Assembly: GCA_035542415.1 (NCBI GenBank) | Contig: DATKLM010000076.1 | Coordinates: forward strand, 8,036-72,035 | DNA length: 64,000 bases | Direction of reading: 5' to 3' | From: Spirochaetia bacterium | GTDB taxonomy: Bacteria; Spirochaetota; Spirochaetia; SZUA-6; Fen-1364 | Shown: positions 52,869-64,000 of the stretch, piece by piece | Layout of the letters: every line of letters begins with the position of its first letter | Numbering within the stretch: the first letter of the stretch is position 1 | Position numbers and translations under genes: made by a program | The notes under the pieces: generated by a model | Databases searched by the model: none | Told to the model about the DNA's origin: nothing | What the model saw: only the letters and a program-made list of their open reading frames with translations

Positions 52869-55349
52869 CTATGCTCCGTCCGAGCGGGAGTCTGTACCTT
52901 CTGTGGCCCCTTCCCCGTTCTGTTCTTCCTTGACGACCCGCGCCACGCCGACAACCACGTCAGGCTTCGTGATGTTGACGATCCGAACGCCCATGGCGGT
53001 TTTTCCCAGCGTGGCGATTTCCGACAGGCGGAGCTTCAGCGTGTTGCCCTGGGAGGTGATGCAGACAAGGTCATCCTTGTCGCTCACGGACAGGACGCCG
53101 ACTACTTCACCCGTCTTCTCCGTGGCCTTGTAGCAGATCTGGCCGCCGGTTCCCCGGCCGTGCGGTGAGAAGTTGTCGTACTCCGTGCGCTTGCCGAACC
53201 CGAACTCGCTCAGCAGGAGCATCTGCTCCCCCTTACGGACCATGGCCACGCCGGCAAGCTCATCTTTATCCGAGAGCCTGATGCCCCGAACACCGTGCGA
53301 GGCCCGGCCCATGGCGCGCACCGCTTCTTCATGGAACCTCAGCGCGTTGCCCTTGCGGGTAACCAGCACGACCTCATCCGAGCCTGACGTGAGCAGGGCC
53401 GTCACGAGCCCGTCTCCCGGGTCGAGCTTGATAGCGACAATCCCGCGGGTCTTGGCGTTTGCGAACTCCGAAATTGCCACCTTCTTGACGACGCCCTGCC
53501 GGGTTGCCATGAGGACGAACTTCTCATCAGAGAAGTTCCTCAGGCTCACGACCGCGGTGATCTCCTCTTCACTTCCCAGGGAGAGAAGCACCTTGATGCT
53601 CTGACCCTTGGCCTGCCTGCTGCTCTCCGGTATCTCATGGACCTTTACCCAGTACGACTTGCCCTGGTTGGTGATGAACAGCACAAAGGCATGGGTGGAG
53701 GCCACGAAGAACTGCTCGATGAAGTCGTCCTCCTTGAGCAGCGCGGACGAGGAACCCTTGCCCCCGCGTCCCTGCCTCCGGTACGCGCTCACGGGGATGC
53801 GCTTGATGTAGCCGCGGTTGGAGATCAGGAGGGCCATGTCCTCTTCCGCGATGAGGTCTTCCACGTTGATCTCTTCCGCTTCCTCGTTGATGATCTCCGT
53901 TCTTCGGTCATCCCCGAACCGGGTGGAAATGTCCGCCGTCTCTTCCTTCACGACGCCGAAGATCTTCTGCGCGCTTGAAAGGAGGTCTTTCAGCTTTTCG
54001 ATGAGGGCCAGGACCTCTTCCAGCTCCTCCATCACCTTCTTCACCTCGAGGCTCGTCAGGCGCTGGAGGCGCATGTCGAGGATGGCCTGGGCCTGCTTCT
54101 CCGACAGGGAGAAGCGTTCCATGAGGCCCGTCCGGGCGCTCGCCGTATCCGCGGACTTCTTGATGAGCGCGATCACCTCATCGATGTTCTCCAGGGCGAT
54201 CTTCAGTCCCTGCAGGATGTGCGCCCGCTCCTCCGCCCGCGCAAGCTCGTAGCGCGTCCTGCGGGTCACGACTTCCTTGCGGTGCTCGATGAAGTGCTCG
54301 AGGATCTCCTTGAGGGAAAGAGTCTTCGGCAACCCCTTCACAAGGGCAAGGTTGATGACGCCGAAGGCAATCTGCATCTGCGTATGGGCAAAGAGCTGGT
54401 TGAGGATCACCTTGGGCGACGTACCCTTGCGGAGGTCGATGACGATCCGCATGCCGTGACGGTCGGATTCGTCGTTGAGATCCACGATCCCATCGATTTT
54501 CTTTTCCTTGACGAGGTCGGCGATCCGCACGATGAGGTTGGCCTTGTTCACCTGGTACGGGATCTCCGTAATGATGATGGAGTCCTTGCCCGAGCTCGAG
54601 GTCTCCACGGTCACCTTGGCCCGCACGATGATCCTGCCCCGGCCCGTCGTGTAGGCATCCCGGATTCCCTTTCGACCCAGGATGATCCCCCCCGTGGGGA
54701 AATCAGGGCCCTGGACGATCTTCATCAGCTCTTCAGCGGTGGTCGAGGGAGCGTCGATGAGCGTGATGATTGCCTCGCAGATCTCGCGGAGATTCTGCGG
54801 CGGGATATTCGTGGCCATGCCCACGGCGATGCCGCTTGCGCCGTTGGCGGCAAGGAAGGGAAACGCTCCCGGAAGAACGAGGGGCTCCTGCTGGCTTCCG
54901 TCGTAGTTCGGGCCGAAGTCGACGGTCTCCTTGTCGATATCGCGGAGCATCTCCTCCGCGACGGGGTTCATCCGGGCCTCGGTATACCGGACGGCCGCGG
55001 GAGGATCACCGTCGATGGAACCGAAGTTGCCCTGCCCGTCCACCACGGGGTAGCGCATGTTGAAGTCCTGCGCGAGGCGGACGAGAGATTCATAGATGGC
55101 CATGTCGCCGTGGGGATGATACTTCCCCAGGACGTCGCCGGTGATGCGGGCGCACTTCTTGTAAGGCCGATCCGAGCGCAGGCCCATTTCGTTCATTCCG
55201 AAGAGGATCCTGCGGTGGACAGGCTTCAGGCCGTCGCGGACGTCCGGCAACGCGCGCGACACGATGACGGACATTGCGTAGTTGAGATAGGAAGTGCGGA
55301 CCTCCTCCTCGATGGGGAGGGCTATTGTCCGGGATTTCGCGTCTGACAT
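52869..55349 (-). CDS. gyrA: DNA gyrase subunit A
   Basis: 826 aa. [24 protein letters not shown], the active-site Tyr region ([10 protein letters not shown]) and C-terminal beta-pinwheel repeats. Confidence 0.97.
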   Translation of the reverse strand: MSDAKSRTIALPIEEEVRTSYLNYAMSVIVSRALPDVRDGLKPVHRRILFGMNEMGLRSDRPYKKCARITGDVLGKYHPHGDMAIYESLVRLAQDFNMRYPVVDGQGNFGSIDGDPPAAVRYTEARMNPVAEEMLRDIDKETVDFGPNYDGSQQEPLVLPGAFPFLAANGASGIAVGMATNIPPQNLREICEAIITLIDAPSTTAEELMKIVQGPDFPTGGIILGRKGIRDAYTTGRGRIIVRAKVTVETSSSGKDSIIITEIPYQVNKANLIVRIADLVKEKKIDGIVDLNDESDRHGMRIVIDLRKGTSPKVILNQLFAHTQMQIAFGVINLALVKGLPKTLSLKEILEHFIEHRKEVVTRRTRYELARAEERAHILQGLKIALENIDEVIALIKKSADTASARTGLMERFSLSEKQAQAILDMRLQRLTSLEVKKVMEELEEVLALIEKLKDLLSSAQKIFGVVKEETADISTRFGDDRRTEIINEEAEEINVEDLIAEEDMALLISNRGYIKRIPVSAYRRQGRGGKGSSSALLKEDDFIEQFFVASTHAFVLFITNQGKSYWVKVHEIPESSRQAKGQSIKVLLSLGSEEEITAVVSLRNFSDEKFVLMATRQGVVKKVAISEFANAKTRGIVAIKLDPGDGLVTALLTSGSDEVVLVTRKGNALRFHEEAVRAMGRASHGVRGIRLSDKDELAGVAMVRKGEQMLLLSEFGFGKRTEYDNFSPHGRGTGGQICYKATEKTGEVVGVLSVSDKDDLVCITSQGNTLKLRLSEIATLGKTAMGVRIVNITKPDVVVGVARVVKEEQNGEGATEGTDSRSDGA

Positions 55350-55361
55350 TCTGGGCTGCCC

Positions 55362-57308
<1,947 letters not shown>

Positions 57309-57456
57309 TTAGAGAAAAAATCAACTCGGGCGGATGCTGCGGAGACCGCACCCGGCGCGGGACCGGGCAAGCGCCGGGCCGGATTTTTCATTGAAAAGTT
57401 GCCCGATTCCTCTTGCGGGAAGCAAATCGATGGGGTAAGATGCGGTCGAAAGGGCG

Positions 57457-57465
57457 TGTGAATAA
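57457..57465. promoter_or_regulatory. DnaA box TGTGAATAA (fits relaxed consensus TGTGNAWAA); adjacent weaker box TGTGGACAG at 57468-57476
   Basis: Read directly; one mismatch to TGTGGATAA. Confidence 0.5.
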
Positions 57466-57550
57466 TCTGTGGACAGTGTATGATATTTTCGACAGGTTCC
57501 CAAGAAGCGGGCGCAGACGCCCGCTGTGACATCAAGAACAGCCAGACTCA

Positions 57551-57600
57551 GAATAGCCTATATACAAATCATTCTATTATAAGAAAATATATTCACAGCG
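57551..57600. other. AT-rich block, candidate DNA unwinding element, ending in the box-like ATATTCACA (57589-57597)
   Basis: gaatagcctatatacaaatcattctattataagaaaatatattcacagcg is the most AT-rich 50 nt noticed in the window. Confidence 0.45.
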
Positions 57601-57687
57601 CTCTCTTTCGAGGCTTTCCAGCGGATTTCCCGGGGACCTTTCCCTGTTTTTCTGCCGATTCGGGAACCCGTCGAATTGTGCACAACC

Positions 57688-57696
57688 TGTGCATAA
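57688..57696. promoter_or_regulatory. DnaA box TGTGCATAA (fits TGTGNAWAA), preceded by palindromic TTGTGCACA at 57676-57684
   Basis: Read directly, 27 nt upstream of the dnaA ATG. This position is compatible with autoregulation. Confidence 0.5.
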
Positions 57697-57722
57697 ACTG
57701 GCAATAAGAAGGGGACAATCCC

Positions 57723-59090
57723 ATGGAGGGAGGGAAAAGGGGCTACGAGGCCTTCTGGAAGGAGGCCCTTGCTGACATTTCCGCTGACCTTTCCGAGCAG
57801 GAGTTCGCCACGTGGTTCCGCGGCATCGAGTTCACGGGCAGCGGAGACTCCCATATCCTGCTCTCCGCCCCCTCCTCGTTCATCAAGGACCAGTTCAGCC
57901 AGCGCTACCTCGGCAAACTGGAAGAAAAACTGACGGATCTTGCAGGTCAGAAGCTCTCCATCAGGTTCTCCATCCAGAAAAAGACTTCCTCCCGCGGCCC
58001 TCATGAGGAGTCCCCGCGCGGCCAGAGGTCGGAGGAGGGCGGGACCAGGAAGCGCCAGCATCCCAATCTGAACAAGGAATACACCTTCGAGCGGTTCATC
58101 ATCGGAGAATCCAACTCTTTTGCGGCCAACGCGGCGCTCGCAATTGCCCGAAACCCGGGAACCGGCTACAACCCCTGCCTGATCTATGGCGGCGTCGGGC
58201 TGGGCAAGACCCATCTCATCCAGGCCATCGGCAACTCCGTCTACCGCGAGTTCCCCGACCTGAAGGTCGGCTACGTGACCGCGGAAGCATTCGCGAACGA
58301 GTTCATCCTCTCCATCCAGAAGAAAACAGGCCACCAGTTCAAGAACCGCTACCGCTCGGTGGACGTGCTCCTCATCGATGACGTGCACTTCCTGGAAGGC
58401 AAGGAAGGGACCCAGGAAGAACTGTTCCACACGTTCAACGCCCTCTACGATGCCAACAAGCAGATGGTCTTCACCTCTGACAGGCCGGTGTCGGAGATCC
58501 GCAGCCTCTCCGACCGGCTGCGCAGCAGGTTCGAGCGCGGACTGAACGTCGACCTGCAGCCCCCGAACTACGAAACGAGAATCGCAATCCTCAACCGCAA
58601 GATCGAGGAGAAGAAGGTCAAGATTCCGGACGAGGTCGTGCAGTTGATCTGCCGCAACGTGAACACGAACGTCCGCGATCTGGAAAAGGCCCTCACCAAG
58701 CTCATCGCGTACGCCGAGCTCGTGAACAAGCACATCACGCTGGAGATCTCCCGCCAGCAGCTGAAAGACTTCTTCACCCAGCCCAATCAGAAGAATATCA
58801 CGATCGAGCTGATCCAGAAGATCGTGGGAGACTACTTCGGCCTTTCCTACAAGGACCTGCGGGGCAAGAGGAGGACCAAGGCGGTGGCTTTCCCCCGGCA
58901 GGTGGCCATGTACCTGTCCCGAGAGCTCACCGAGTACTCCACCACGGAGGTCGGGGCTGAGTTCGGAGGCCGGGACCACACCACGGTCATGCACGCCTGC
59001 CAGAAGATCGAAGACCGGATGAAGCTCGATCCGAACCTCGAGCCGACCATGCAGGCTCTTGTCAAGAAGATCAAGGAAAACAATGCCTGA
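57723..59090 (+). CDS. dnaA: Chromosomal replication initiator protein DnaA
   Basis: 455 aa. LNKEYTFERFIIGESN, Walker A GGVGLGKTHL, IDDVHFL and the C-terminal DNA-binding helix (DHTTVMHACQKI). Confidence 0.97.
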   Translation: MEGGKRGYEAFWKEALADISADLSEQEFATWFRGIEFTGSGDSHILLSAPSSFIKDQFSQRYLGKLEEKLTDLAGQKLSIRFSIQKKTSSRGPHEESPRGQRSEEGGTRKRQHPNLNKEYTFERFIIGESNSFAANAALAIARNPGTGYNPCLIYGGVGLGKTHLIQAIGNSVYREFPDLKVGYVTAEAFANEFILSIQKKTGHQFKNRYRSVDVLLIDDVHFLEGKEGTQEELFHTFNALYDANKQMVFTSDRPVSEIRSLSDRLRSRFERGLNVDLQPPNYETRIAILNRKIEEKKVKIPDEVVQLICRNVNTNVRDLEKALTKLIAYAELVNKHITLEISRQQLKDFFTQPNQKNITIELIQKIVGDYFGLSYKDLRGKRRTKAVAFPRQVAMYLSRELTEYSTTEVGAEFGGRDHTTVMHACQKIEDRMKLDPNLEPTMQALVKKIKENNA

Positions 59091-59105
59091 GACCTGGGGA
59101 TGTCC

Positions 59106-59114
59106 TGTGGACAA
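59106..59114. promoter_or_regulatory. DnaA-box-like TGTGGACAA in the dnaA-dnaN spacer (one mismatch to TGTGGATAA)
   Basis: Read directly. A second, weaker ATATCCACC lies at 59293-59301. Confidence 0.35.
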
Positions 59115-59325
59115 CCGCCGTTCCCGGGCCGGACGAGCTGTGAGCCGCCGTGCTGACAGGGGGATTGCGCTCGTGCGAAATCCCACCGACGGGCAATCGA
59201 CAGTGGAACAAGTGCAAACCTGGTGGACAGCCGGCCTGGGTTGTTCCGGGGGCCAACTCCTTGTCGCGGAGGGAGTTGATCAGTCTTTCCACATATCCAC
59301 CGCGCTTACCGGTACTACCGGCTTT

Positions 59326-59341
59326 CTTTTTCTAGAAAAAG
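59326..59341. repeat. Perfect 16-bp AT-rich palindrome CTTTTTCTAGAAAAAG abutting the dnaN Shine-Dalgarno
   Basis: Self-complementary as read. The AAGGAGGAG SD begins 9 nt downstream. Confidence 0.7.
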
Positions 59342-59360
59342 AAAAGATAAGGAGGAGACG

Positions 59361-60467
59361 ATGAAGTTCACGTGTTCCCGGGACGACATCCTCAGGGAGA
59401 TCTCCATTGCACAGGAGGTCATCTCCTCGAAGAACTCCCTTTCCGTGCTCTCTAACGTGCTCCTCACCGTGAGCAAGAAGGAGCTGTCGCTCCACGCCAC
59501 GGATCTGAAGGTCGGGTTCGAGACGAGCCTTCCCGTGGAGACCGTGCAGGAAGGAACCACGACGGCCTTCTGTGACAAGCTCCAGGGGATCCTTCGGTCG
59601 CTGCCGGAAGGAGACGTCGAGCTGGAGCAGATCGACGCGACAATGCTGCGCATCCGGCCGCTGTCGAAGAAGATCGACTTTCAGCTTCGCTGTATCCCGT
59701 CCGACAAGTACCCCGAGCTGGCCCGTGTCGCCGACTCCCAGTACTTCGATTTCCCCCAGAAAGACTTCATCGACATGGTGTCCAAGACCCTGTTCGCCGT
59801 TTCGGACGATGAGACGCGGTACTTCATGAACGGCATCTTCCTGGAAAAGCGGGACGATAACCTGATCATGGTGGCAACGGACGGACGGCGTCTTGCCTTC
59901 ATTTCCCGGCGGATCCCCATCCGCATGGAGAACCTCAAGGGCATCATCCTGCCGCCGAAGATTCTCACCATCGTGCGCAAGCTGTCTTCGGGAGAAGGGA
60001 GCCTCTCCCTCGCGTTGACGGACAAGAACGTTTTCATCCGCATGGGAGCGACGAACCTCTCGTCCAATCTCATCGACGGCCAGTTCCCCGATTACCGCCG
60101 GGTCATCCCTGACGCGCAGAGGTTCCGCGCCGTCGTGGAGCGCCGGGCCCTTGAAGACGCCTTGCGACGTGTGTCCCTCCTCGTCGAGCAGAAGTCACGC
60201 AAAGTAGTCTTTTCCCTGGCCGGTGACGTTCTCACGATCCTCTCCCGGGAGAGCGAGCTCGGCATTGCCTCGGAGGAAGTCCCCTGCGAATACGAAGGGC
60301 CCGAAATGTCCCTTGCTGTGAACTGCCTCTACATGAGCGAGCCACTGCGTGAGCTCTCCTGCGACACGGTGAGCCTGGAGTTCAGCGACGTGAACAAGGC
60401 CATCACGCTCAAGCCTCAGCCGGAGGACGGCTACCTCAACATCATCATGCCCATGCAGCTGGATTGA
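59361..60467 (+). CDS. dnaN: DNA polymerase III beta sliding clamp
   Basis: 368 aa with the typical three-domain pattern (MKFTCSRDDIL..., ATDGRRLA, LIDGQFPDYRRVIP, PMQL C-terminus). Confidence 0.95.
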   Translation: MKFTCSRDDILREISIAQEVISSKNSLSVLSNVLLTVSKKELSLHATDLKVGFETSLPVETVQEGTTTAFCDKLQGILRSLPEGDVELEQIDATMLRIRPLSKKIDFQLRCIPSDKYPELARVADSQYFDFPQKDFIDMVSKTLFAVSDDETRYFMNGIFLEKRDDNLIMVATDGRRLAFISRRIPIRMENLKGIILPPKILTIVRKLSSGEGSLSLALTDKNVFIRMGATNLSSNLIDGQFPDYRRVIPDAQRFRAVVERRALEDALRRVSLLVEQKSRKVVFSLAGDVLTILSRESELGIASEEVPCEYEGPEMSLAVNCLYMSEPLRELSCDTVSLEFSDVNKAITLKPQPEDGYLNIIMPMQLD

Positions 60468-61549
60468 TGGGCTTTGAGAGGCTGCGGTTCTTCAACTTCA
60501 GGAACCTGAGGGACGGAGAGCTCCGCCTCGGCGCGCGGGAGATCTTTCTGGTCGGGGAAAACGGCCAGGGCAAAACGAACCTCATCGAGGCGGTGCATCT
60601 TCTCTGCCGCGGCTCGTCGTTCCGGGAAAAAAGGGAGGCGGCCCTCCCGCGTGACCCCGGGGCCCCGATGGGTCTTGCGGGCCAGTATGGCGCCGCCGGC
60701 GGCGCCCTCGCGGATATGTCGATGCAGGTCTTCCCCGACAGGAAAAAAGAGCTGCGCGTGAACGGAAAGCAGGTCGCGGATCGCCGGGAGCTGCTCTCCG
60801 AGGTCCTCTGCGTCTGCTTCGTTCAACAGGACATGGATTTCGTGACCGGCGCCCCGGAGGACCGGCGGCACTTCTTTGACCAGACCCTCACGCTCTGCGA
60901 TCCATCGTTTCTCGATTCGCTGCGCGGCTACCGCCAGGTGCTGCGGTCGCGCAACTTCTGTCTCAGGGCGCGCCAGGGGGACATCCTGGACGCCTACGAC
61001 GCGCAGCTTGCCTCTTTTGGTCTCGCCCTGCAGCGCCGTCGCGCGGAGCTCGTCCGCGAGTTCAACGGCGTGTTCGGCCCGCTGTATCGGGAGATCAGCG
61101 GCGCCGGGGAAGAGGTACTCATCCGGTATCTTCCCTCCTGGCAGGGACTGGACGACGTGGAGTCCGCGCTGGCGAACCTCGCCGCCCGCCGCGGAAGCGA
61201 TCTGGCCCTGGGGACCACAGGCACCGGGCCTCACCGTGACGCCTACGCGTTCATCTGCGCGGGCCGCGACTATTCCCACTTCGGGTCCACGGGACAGCTG
61301 CGCCTGTGCGCCCTTGCGCTGCGGATCGCGCAGGCCCGCTACCTCACGGAGCGTACCGGTCGCCTTCCCGTTCTCCTGCTGGACGACGTTCTCCTCGAGC
61401 TGGACCAGGGGAGAAAGAAGGCCATCGTCGAGCGGTTCCCCGGCTACGAGCAGGCTTTCTTCACGTTCCTGCCCGACGAGACGTACGACTCGTACCGGAC
61501 GGAAGAGACCCTGGTGCTGCGGGTCGCCGCCGGGGATTTCGCGCGATGA
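60467..61549 (+). CDS. recF: DNA replication and repair protein RecF
   Basis: FRNL...LVGENGQGKTNLIEA Walker A, signature region and LLLDDVLLELD Walker B. ATG at 60467 overlaps the dnaN TGA (TGATG). A TTG at 60464 is an alternative start. Confidence 0.9.
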   Translation: MGFERLRFFNFRNLRDGELRLGAREIFLVGENGQGKTNLIEAVHLLCRGSSFREKREAALPRDPGAPMGLAGQYGAAGGALADMSMQVFPDRKKELRVNGKQVADRRELLSEVLCVCFVQQDMDFVTGAPEDRRHFFDQTLTLCDPSFLDSLRGYRQVLRSRNFCLRARQGDILDAYDAQLASFGLALQRRRAELVREFNGVFGPLYREISGAGEEVLIRYLPSWQGLDDVESALANLAARRGSDLALGTTGTGPHRDAYAFICAGRDYSHFGSTGQLRLCALALRIAQARYLTERTGRLPVLLLDDVLLELDQGRKKAIVERFPGYEQAFFTFLPDETYDSYRTEETLVLRVAAGDFAR

Positions 61550-61839
61550 AGAAGGTCGGAGACATCCTGCGGGAGTATCTCAGGGAACGGGGCTGGCTGA
61601 CCGAGAATCCTTATACAGCGCTTTTCTCCGCGTGGCAGACGGTGGCCGGGGAGGCCCTGGCCGCTCACGCGCATCTTCGTGACATCCGCAACGGCGTGAT
61701 GATTGTGTCCGTGGACCATCCCGGGTGGCTGCAGATTGCGCGTCTTCGAAAGGAAGCGCTGCTGGCCGCCGCGCGCGCTGCCGCACCCGGCGGGCGGCTT
61801 CACGACGTGCGGTTCTTTCTCGGCTCCGGGGATCGATGA
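61546..61839 (+). CDS. DUF721 (DciA-like) protein
   Basis: 97 aa. The ATG overlaps the recF stop (ATGA). [10 protein letters not shown]...[44 protein letters not shown] is the DUF721 pattern, usually found after recF. Confidence 0.7.
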   Translation: MKKVGDILREYLRERGWLTENPYTALFSAWQTVAGEALAAHAHLRDIRNGVMIVSVDHPGWLQIARLRKEALLAAARAAAPGGRLHDVRFFLGSGDR

Positions 61840-61914
61840 CGGGCAGGCATAGGCTGTCAGCGTCCGGCCCGCGGAAGAAGCGGCCGTCCGGGGCCGCGCG
61901 GCGAGCCTCTGCCG

Positions 61915-61943
61915 TTGACACAGAGGTACCGAAGTCCTATATT
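61915..61943 (+). promoter_or_regulatory. Near-consensus promoter of the rpmH-rnpA-yidD-yidC operon (TTGACA-N17-TATATT)
   Basis: Read directly, followed by a leader of about 57 nt with a CCUGG-UCA-CCAGG hairpin and an AAGGAG SD. Confidence 0.55.
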
Positions 61944-62006
61944 TTTCGGGATATACCAGAGCCAACAACCCCTGGTCACCAGGTTACCCAAGGAGCAATT
62001 CGTCGT

Positions 62007-62162
62007 ATGAAACGGACCTACCAGCCCAGCAAGACCAAGAGGACGAGAAAGTTCGGCTTCCGGGCGCGCATGGCCACCAAGGGCGGACGGCTCGTGCTGA
62101 AGCGCAGGCGTGCAAAAGGGCGCACAAAGCTTACCGCCTCAGATGAGAAGAAGCCTTACTAG
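62007..62162 (+). CDS. rpmH: 50S ribosomal protein L34
   Basis: [39 protein letters not shown]... Confidence 0.97.
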   Translation: MKRTYQPSKTKRTRKFGFRARMATKGGRLVLKRRRAKGRTKLTASDEKKPY

Positions 62163-62493
62163 GAGCGAACGACTCCGCGCCGCGAACGACATCAGGAGGC
62201 TTTTCAGAACGGGACGAAGGATCGAGGCGGGCGGCTTGAAGCTCCTCCTGGAGCGCAACGGCACCCCGGGGAACAGGATGGCGGTCGTCGTTGCCCGGGG
62301 ATGCGGTGGAGCGGTCAGACGAAACAGGGAGAAAAGGCTCACGCGGGAGGCGTATCGAACGCTCAAGGACCGCGTCTCTCCCGGCCATGACCTTGTGTTC
62401 CTCGTTGCCCGTTTCGGCTGCTCGTTCGCCGAGAGGCGCTCGGCTATGGGGCAACTCTTGAATCGCGCCGGATTCCGCGACCATGCGCGCTAA
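62143..62493 (+). CDS. rnpA: Ribonuclease P protein component
   Basis: Basic 116-aa protein directly after rpm[17 protein letters not shown] is the RNR motif. The start is uncertain (ATG 62143 or GTG 62110). Confidence 0.85.
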   Translation: MRRSLTRSERLRAANDIRRLFRTGRRIEAGGLKLLLERNGTPGNRMAVVVARGCGGAVRRNREKRLTREAYRTLKDRVSPGHDLVFLVARFGCSFAERRSAMGQLLNRAGFRDHAR

Positions 62494-62710
62494 AAGGATC
62501 GCACGAGCAATCGCTTCCGTCCTCATCACAGGGTACCAGTACCTCCTTTCCCCATTCTTCCCGCCCTCGTGCCGGTACGTGCCCTCCTGCTCCCAATACA
62601 CGAAGGAAGCGATCATGAAGTACGGCGTCCTCAAGGGATCGTACATGGGTGCCCGAAGGATCCTTCGCTGCCACCCCTTTCATTCCGGCGGATACGATCC
62701 CGTTCCCTGA
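62483..62710 (+). CDS. yidD: Membrane protein insertion efficiency factor YidD
   Basis: [27 protein letters not shown]...[17 protein letters not shown]. Confidence 0.95.
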   Translation: MRAKRIARAIASVLITGYQYLLSPFFPPSCRYVPSCSQYTKEAIMKYGVLKGSYMGARRILRCHPFHSGGYDPVP

Positions 62711-62722
62711 AGAAGGAAATCT

Positions 62723-64000
62723 ATGGATAGGAAAACACTCCTGGCGGTCGTCCTTTCGGTCGTGATCATCGTGGCGGGCATGCTCCTGCAGTCCGTTCTC
62801 TTCCCACAGCAGAAGAAGCCTGCGCAGACCACGGCCCAGACGGCCCCTCCTCCTGCCGCAGGGACCACGGCTCCCGCGGCCGCCCCGACCCCGGCGGCAC
62901 CCACCGCTGCGGCTGCAGCTTCTCCCGCGGCGGCCCCGGCACCCGCGCGGGCAGGAACAGTTCCGGCGGGCGTACCGGGCAAGGTGGTAGAGATACCCGC
63001 CTCCGCGCCGCCAGCCTCGCAGCCCGCGACGATCGAGCGCCAGACCGACCTGTACGACCTCACTTTTGCCGCAGGCGGGGGCACCCTGACTTCCGTGAAG
63101 CTTCGCAAGTACAAGAACCTGGATGGCTCGACGGTGGAGATGCTGCTGCTGCCCAAGACGCCGGCCTCCAACGAGCAGCCATTCGCCCTGTCCTTCGGCG
63201 ACTTCAAGGCTGATCAGCTCACCGTGCCGTTCACGCTCAAGGAAACGAGTGACGGCAGCCAGTCCACGCTCGACTTCTCCCGGACGTTCGTCTCCCCCAC
63301 GGGAGTGCCTTTCACGCTGCACAAGACGTACCTCTTCTACAAGGACGAGTACCTGTTCCAGCTGCAGGTCACCATCGAGAACAGCGTCAACGATTCGCCC
63401 GCCCTCGACTTTGGCGGCTATGCGTACACCCTGACCCTCGGTCCCCAGATCGGTCCCCACTATACAAGGCTGGACGGACGCAGCGACTTCCGTAACTACG
63501 TTTTTTACGCGGACGCACGACGCCAGGACCCCGGCGTCGGGGCTGGCTCGATCAAGGAGATCGACAAGGTCGTCACGTGGACGGCGATCCAGGGCAAGTA
63601 CTTCACCGGGATTGCGGTTCCCGACGGCGCCGCGACGCACATCGTCTTTGACTCACGCCGGCTCGTGACAGGGTTCGACCGCAACACGATCAGCTTCTCC
63701 CGGCCGGTGATCAAGAGCTCGAAGGTCACCGACACGTACCGTTTCTACCTGGGGCCCGTGAAGCCCGAGATCCTGGCGCGGTACAACGATGCGGACAAGA
63801 ATCGCTTCGGTGTGGCGAGCCTGCACGCCGACCAGATGGTCGCGACGGGCTTCTTCCAGTTCGCCTGGCTCGCGCAGCCGCTGAAATACGTCCTGGACCT
63901 CTTCTACCGCATCATTCCCAACTACGGGATCGCGATCATTCTCCTGACCATCCTCATCAAGGTCATCTTCCTGCCGCTGACCTTCCGCAGCTCGGAATCC
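62723..64000 (+). CDS. yidC: Membrane protein insertase YidC (3' partial, runs off window)
   Basis: Self-translated from the ATG at 62723: MDRKTLLAVVLSVVIIVAGMLL..., an Ala/Pro-rich linker, a periplasmic beta-domain, then ...NYGIAIILLTILIKVIFLPLTFRS. No stop before base 64000, which is why it is absent from the ORF track. Confidence 0.9.
   Translation, partial: MDRKTLLAVVLSVVIIVAGMLLQSVLFPQQKKPAQTTAQTAPPPAAGTTAPAAAPTPAAPTAAAAASPAAAPAPARAGTVPAGVPGKVVEIPASAPPASQPATIERQTDLYDLTFAAGGGTLTSVKLRKYKNLDGSTVEMLLLPKTPASNEQPFALSFGDFKADQLTVPFTLKETSDGSQSTLDFSRTFVSPTGVPFTLHKTYLFYKDEYLFQLQVTIENSVNDSPALDFGGYAYTLTLGPQIGPHYTRLDGRSDFRNYVFYADARRQDPGVGAGSIKEIDKVVTWTAIQGKYFTGIAVPDGAATHIVFDSRRLVTGFDRNTISFSRPVIKSSKVTDTYRFYLGPVKPEILARYNDADKNRFGVASLHADQMVATGFFQFAWLAQPLKYVLDLFYRIIPNYGIAIILLTILIKVIFLPLTFRSSES

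Overview
High-GC (roughly mid-60s %, judged by eye, not computed) bacterial chromosomal window that spans the replication origin. The core is gyrA-gyrB (minus) <- oriC -> dnaA-dnaN-recF-DUF721(DciA-like)-rpmH-rnpA-yidD-yidC (plus). To its left lie parA-parB and nrdD-nrdG. Further left is a promoter-driven RNA cluster on the minus strand: four tRNA-Ser isoacceptors, tRNA-Arg(GCG) and SRP RNA, running into dnaX-ybaB-recR. The rest is housekeeping and accessory metabolism. It includes a complete gatC-gatA-gatB-aspS operon with glnS elsewhere, a C1/purine operon (split purH, glyA, an AcsE-like methyltransferase, folD), and a peptide-type ABC importer. It also holds a molybdopterin oxidoreductase convergent with a non-pyrrolysine MttB-family methyltransferase, an MFS exporter, a class III adenylate cyclase, a PadR module and several hypothetical proteins. 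No CRISPR array, IS element, prophage or recognisable defence island was seen. The most unusual items are: (1) GatB fused in-frame to an asparaginase/GatD-like domain whose nucleophilic Thr is Ala, translationally coupled to an archaeal-type AspRS; (2) a J-domain protein whose C-terminus carries tandem MshEN/GspE_N-like 24-residue motifs, making it a candidate c-di-GMP receptor; (3) purH split into two genes; (4) a CNNM/DUF21-CBS protein ending in a PTS EIIA-like domain; (5) an orphan 107-aa LAGLIDADG-like ORF beside a parS-like site; (6) a consensus promoter feeding a ~360-nt structured leader ahead of an RRM RNA-binding protein gene; (7) SRP RNA starting about 2 nt after a tRNA-Ser; (8) several genes whose ATG lies 5-13 nt after a -10 box, suggesting leaderless mRNAs. 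All calls come from reading the sequence and ORF translations, and no database search was run. The many 100-740 aa ORFs antisense to real genes are treated as GC3 artefacts.
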